Shown here piece by piece: positions 24,220-26,851 of a DNA stretch of 26,851 bases (position 1 is its first letter; each line of letters opens with the position of its first letter). The notes beneath the pieces are model-generated. The model ran no database searches, had not been told where the DNA came from, and saw nothing but the letters and a program-made list of their open reading frames with translations. Location: positions 1 to 26,851 of the forward strand of contig JBMCFZ010000001.1 in assembly GCA_048620055.1 (NCBI GenBank). Reading direction: 5' to 3'. Position numbers and translations under genes: made by a program. This stretch comes from an archaeon. Lineage in GTDB: Archaea; B1Sed10-29.

Positions 24220-25965
24220 ATGGAAAAAAATCGAAAAAACTTGATAAAGAAAACTCTGCTACTACAAACAGCAGTAATAATCCTAGCTATAATGATGTTA
24301 AGTATCCCAACTTATAGAGCAAAAAGACTAAATCAAGTAACCCTGCCTGATACTACTATATACGATGTAGCTAGTGGGGAAACAGCGCCAGAAGGTATGA
24401 ACTTACAAATATTCTGTGAAGGGCCGAATGAATATGGATTCTGGTTTGCAGGGTGTGATGACCCAGGTGCAAGTAGTGGAGAAGGAATAACAGATAGTAA
24501 CGGAATAATAGAAAAATTAGATGGAGAATACGAAGGAAAAGTATATACTGAAGGATGTAGACATGGGTACTATGGAAACTGTATGCTTGCAGTAAACACT
24601 AATGAAGATATAAAAGATCTAGATCCTGATCAAGCTGAAATAGAGGGAGCAAGCGGTAGATGGAGAGGAACAGTATCCAAAGAAGATTTAATACGGTACG
24701 AAAACTGGGAAGATAACGATCCAGAACAATACTTCCAGGGATTGGAAGGAACGGATAGCTATGACCAATCAACATGGGCAACAGTAGCAGGATGGACAGC
24801 GATGATAATAATAATAATAGTACTCACTATAATAACAGGAGGGCTTTTTGCAAAAGTAGGAGCCTTAATGGCAGGACAAACAATAGGAGCAGGGCTTTTA
24901 AAAACTGGCTTAGCATATTTAGGAGTGAAGGCCTTTGGTATAGGAGTTGGAATTGGAGTAATAGTAACCTGGCTTACAGGTGCCGCCAACTACCTAGGTT
25001 GCCAAATATCAGAATTGTGGGATGACGAAGCATGCGTGCTCGAAAGAAAATTTAAAAATACAGTAATAGGGATAGAGCCGACAGGACCAGAAGAAACCTA
25101 CGAAGAAACAACAACCACAAAAGTAGACAACGTGCAAGTAGAAGCTGACAATGTAGTTACAGATGTAAAAGTAATGACAAGGCATCAATTAAATGAATAC
25201 TTAATAGGACAAGGACTGAACCAAGAAGTAGAAGACACCAGCAGTCAAGAGATAATAAGAGTGATAGAAGGCCCAGAATATCCTAACTGCAGGATAGCAC
25301 CCAACTATGGATATATAGATGGGGATACAACAAGGCCGCTAGAAGGAGAACTAAGAATAGAAAACGCTACTGCAAATGAGTCAATGATACTTAACAATGA
25401 AACCTACAAATTCACAGTGGAAGACAAACCAGGATCAAGAAACTTCGAGATAACAGCACAGAAACTCACTGAAAACACAAAAAACATCTTAGAAGAAATG
25501 CCTGAGTCAGTAGGAATAAATCAAGAGGGATACCAAGGACCATGTGTATCAAGCTACTCAAGCACACCATTAGAATCAAGGATAATGAATTTTGCAATGG
25601 AACCCGCAAGCCCACTAAAATCAGGAGATGTATACACACCAAGTCCGATATATGAGGGAGAAAGAGCAGGATACATAGAAGAAATAAATGAAGAACTAAG
25701 ATGTGCACCAGGAGACGAATTAGTGTCAGCAACAGAAACTCCTGATAGCAAACTGTTAAGAGATAAAGTTCTAGAGGAAGCTGATATAGATAATTACTGT
25801 GAAGTAAGTCCAGAGAATTTCGCTGAAAGAATGGTTCCATGCGGAGAAGGACAAGCAGCACCAGTAGGATACATGTGCGCAGAAAAAGGAGAAAAAACCT
25901 GTCCACTAGGATCACTCTATAATCCAGCCACAGAAAAATGTATGATATCACAGGATATGGGTTAA
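24220..25965 (+). CDS. Exported Cys-rich protein with an internal 76-aa Gly-rich hydrophobic segment
   Basis: N-terminal signal or anchor, 14 Cys by hand count, hydrophobic W186-C261 segment, C-terminal CPLGSLYNPATEKC module. Confidence 0.8.
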   Translation: MEKNRKNLIKKTLLLQTAVIILAIMMLSIPTYRAKRLNQVTLPDTTIYDVASGETAPEGMNLQIFCEGPNEYGFWFAGCDDPGASSGEGITDSNGIIEKLDGEYEGKVYTEGCRHGYYGNCMLAVNTNEDIKDLDPDQAEIEGASGRWRGTVSKEDLIRYENWEDNDPEQYFQGLEGTDSYDQSTWATVAGWTAMIIIIIVLTIITGGLFAKVGALMAGQTIGAGLLKTGLAYLGVKAFGIGVGIGVIVTWLTGAANYLGCQISELWDDEACVLERKFKNTVIGIEPTGPEETYEETTTTKVDNVQVEADNVVTDVKVMTRHQLNEYLIGQGLNQEVEDTSSQEIIRVIEGPEYPNCRIAPNYGYIDGDTTRPLEGELRIENATANESMILNNETYKFTVEDKPGSRNFEITAQKLTENTKNILEEMPESVGINQEGYQGPCVSSYSSTPLESRIMNFAMEPASPLKSGDVYTPSPIYEGERAGYIEEINEELRCAPGDELVSATETPDSKLLRDKVLEEADIDNYCEVSPENFAERMVPCGEGQAAPVGYMCAEKGEKTCPLGSLYNPATEKCMISQDMG

Positions 25966-25992
25966 AAACCAATAAACATAAAGGAGTATACC

Positions 25993-26851
25993 ATGGGTTT
26001 AAGAGAGATATACTACAGAGTAGAAGACAAATGGTTTGAAACAATAGATTCCTTAGACAAGAGAGGAATACCATCTTACAAAGCAATTGATCCATTAGAA
26101 AGAAGAGGAATACCAAGCCTACCAGTATACATAGCTATATTAATAATTCTCTTATACTTCGCAGTGCCAGGGTTAATCGGAGTAATACAACCAGAAGGAC
26201 CAGTAGAGCCAGAAGATCCGGATGAAATACAAGTGCCTATAGAAGTAATAGATACTGATTCTATGCAAATGTTAGAAGGAGCAGAAATAAAAGCGATGCT
26301 AGAAGAAGAAATAAGAGAAGAACAAATAACTAACGAGGAAGGATTAGCTAACTTGATGCTATTTTCAGGAGAAACATATAATATAACCGCAAGTAAAGAA
26401 GGATGTACCAATGACAGCACTACAATAAGATCTCAAACAGATAGAGAAAATCCGGAAATTCTTAAAATAGACTGCGAATACTTACTAGCGGAAGATGAAG
26501 TAGAAATATGCTTCGATGAATCGGTAGGAAAAGTAGAATATATACCAGTACAGTCACCAGGAATCGTTAGAACAGATTTAAAAGAAGAATGCGGGACAGG
26601 AGAAGAAGGATGTAGATTTAGACCTGAAAAGGACCTTGAATACAAATTCAAATCTCTAAATTCTGAATATGAAAGTGAAAGAAGATACACTTCGGAAGAA
26701 TTAGAGGAAAAATCACCTTCAGAAGAATGCATACCAATGAAAAAAATAAGTGAAGATGAAAACGAATCAGATGATGACGATAACGATGAGATTGACAAAA
26801 AAAAGGGAAAAATTATATACATAGTAGAAAGCGAAGAAGATGAACATAGAC
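25993..26851 (+). CDS. Paralog of the 1625-aa surface protein, 3'-truncated by the window edge (not in the ORF track)
   Basis: SD AAGGAG plus ATG 25993 and 286 stop-free codons to the window end. MGLREIYYRVEDKWFETIDSLDKRGIPSYKAIDPLERRGIPSLPVYIAIL aligns with 19296..24173, as do TYNITASKEGC, EICF and EECIPM. Confidence 0.88.
   Translation, partial: MGLREIYYRVEDKWFETIDSLDKRGIPSYKAIDPLERRGIPSLPVYIAILIILLYFAVPGLIGVIQPEGPVEPEDPDEIQVPIEVIDTDSMQMLEGAEIKAMLEEEIREEQITNEEGLANLMLFSGETYNITASKEGCTNDSTTIRSQTDRENPEILKIDCEYLLAEDEVEICFDESVGKVEYIPVQSPGIVRTDLKEECGTGEEGCRFRPEKDLEYKFKSLNSEYESERRYTSEELEEKSPSEECIPMKKISEDENESDDDDNDEIDKKKGKIIYIVESEEDEHR

Noticed and set aside
25466-26822. Minus-strand ORFs 25466..26116, 26076..26420 and 26433..26822
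   Set aside because: Antisense shadows of the 581-aa gene and of the plus-strand paralog starting at 25993.
1-26851. tRNA, rRNA, CRISPR array, transposase or integrase
   Set aside because: Intergenic gaps are short and AT-rich with no cloverleaf or spaced direct repeats, and no ORF shows recombinase or transposase motifs.

Overview
Low-GC (roughly 35% from sampled lines), purine-skewed archaeal DNA, most likely from a DPANN lineage. The style of the prepilin N-termini and giant surface proteins suggests Diapherotrites/Iainarchaeota or a relative; this is inference, not a database result. The left end holds the 3' part of a TadC/T2SS-F membrane gene, a PAC2 proteasome chaperone ending in an HbYX motif, a DUF473 gene, a flavin reductase-like gene, a membrane-anchored charged protein with a Zn-binding tail and a small membrane protein. 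From about 4.7 kb onward the window is one surface-apparatus locus. On the minus strand are a VirB11/TadA-type ATPase with a long N-terminal extension, a TadC/FlaJ-type platform and seven tandem class III signal-peptide (prepilin-like) genes, one of them a 53-aa gene absent from the ORF track. Divergent from these are an archaeosortase/exosortase-family gene (Cys/Arg/His), an eighth prepilin, a 1625-aa beta-sandwich-repeat protein, a Cys-rich 581-aa protein with a long Gly-rich hydrophobic segment, and the start of a paralog of the 1625-aa protein (also absent from the track). Convergent on the pilins are a 234-aa and a 1511-aa exported protein, both ending in LPI-TM-basic tails. The 1511-aa protein has a symmetric Cys-clamped hydrophobic hairpin. 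Best hypothesis: a type IV pilus/Tad machine with its own sortase and putative membrane-inserting surface proteins for host attachment or penetration. No RNA genes, CRISPR arrays or mobile elements were seen.
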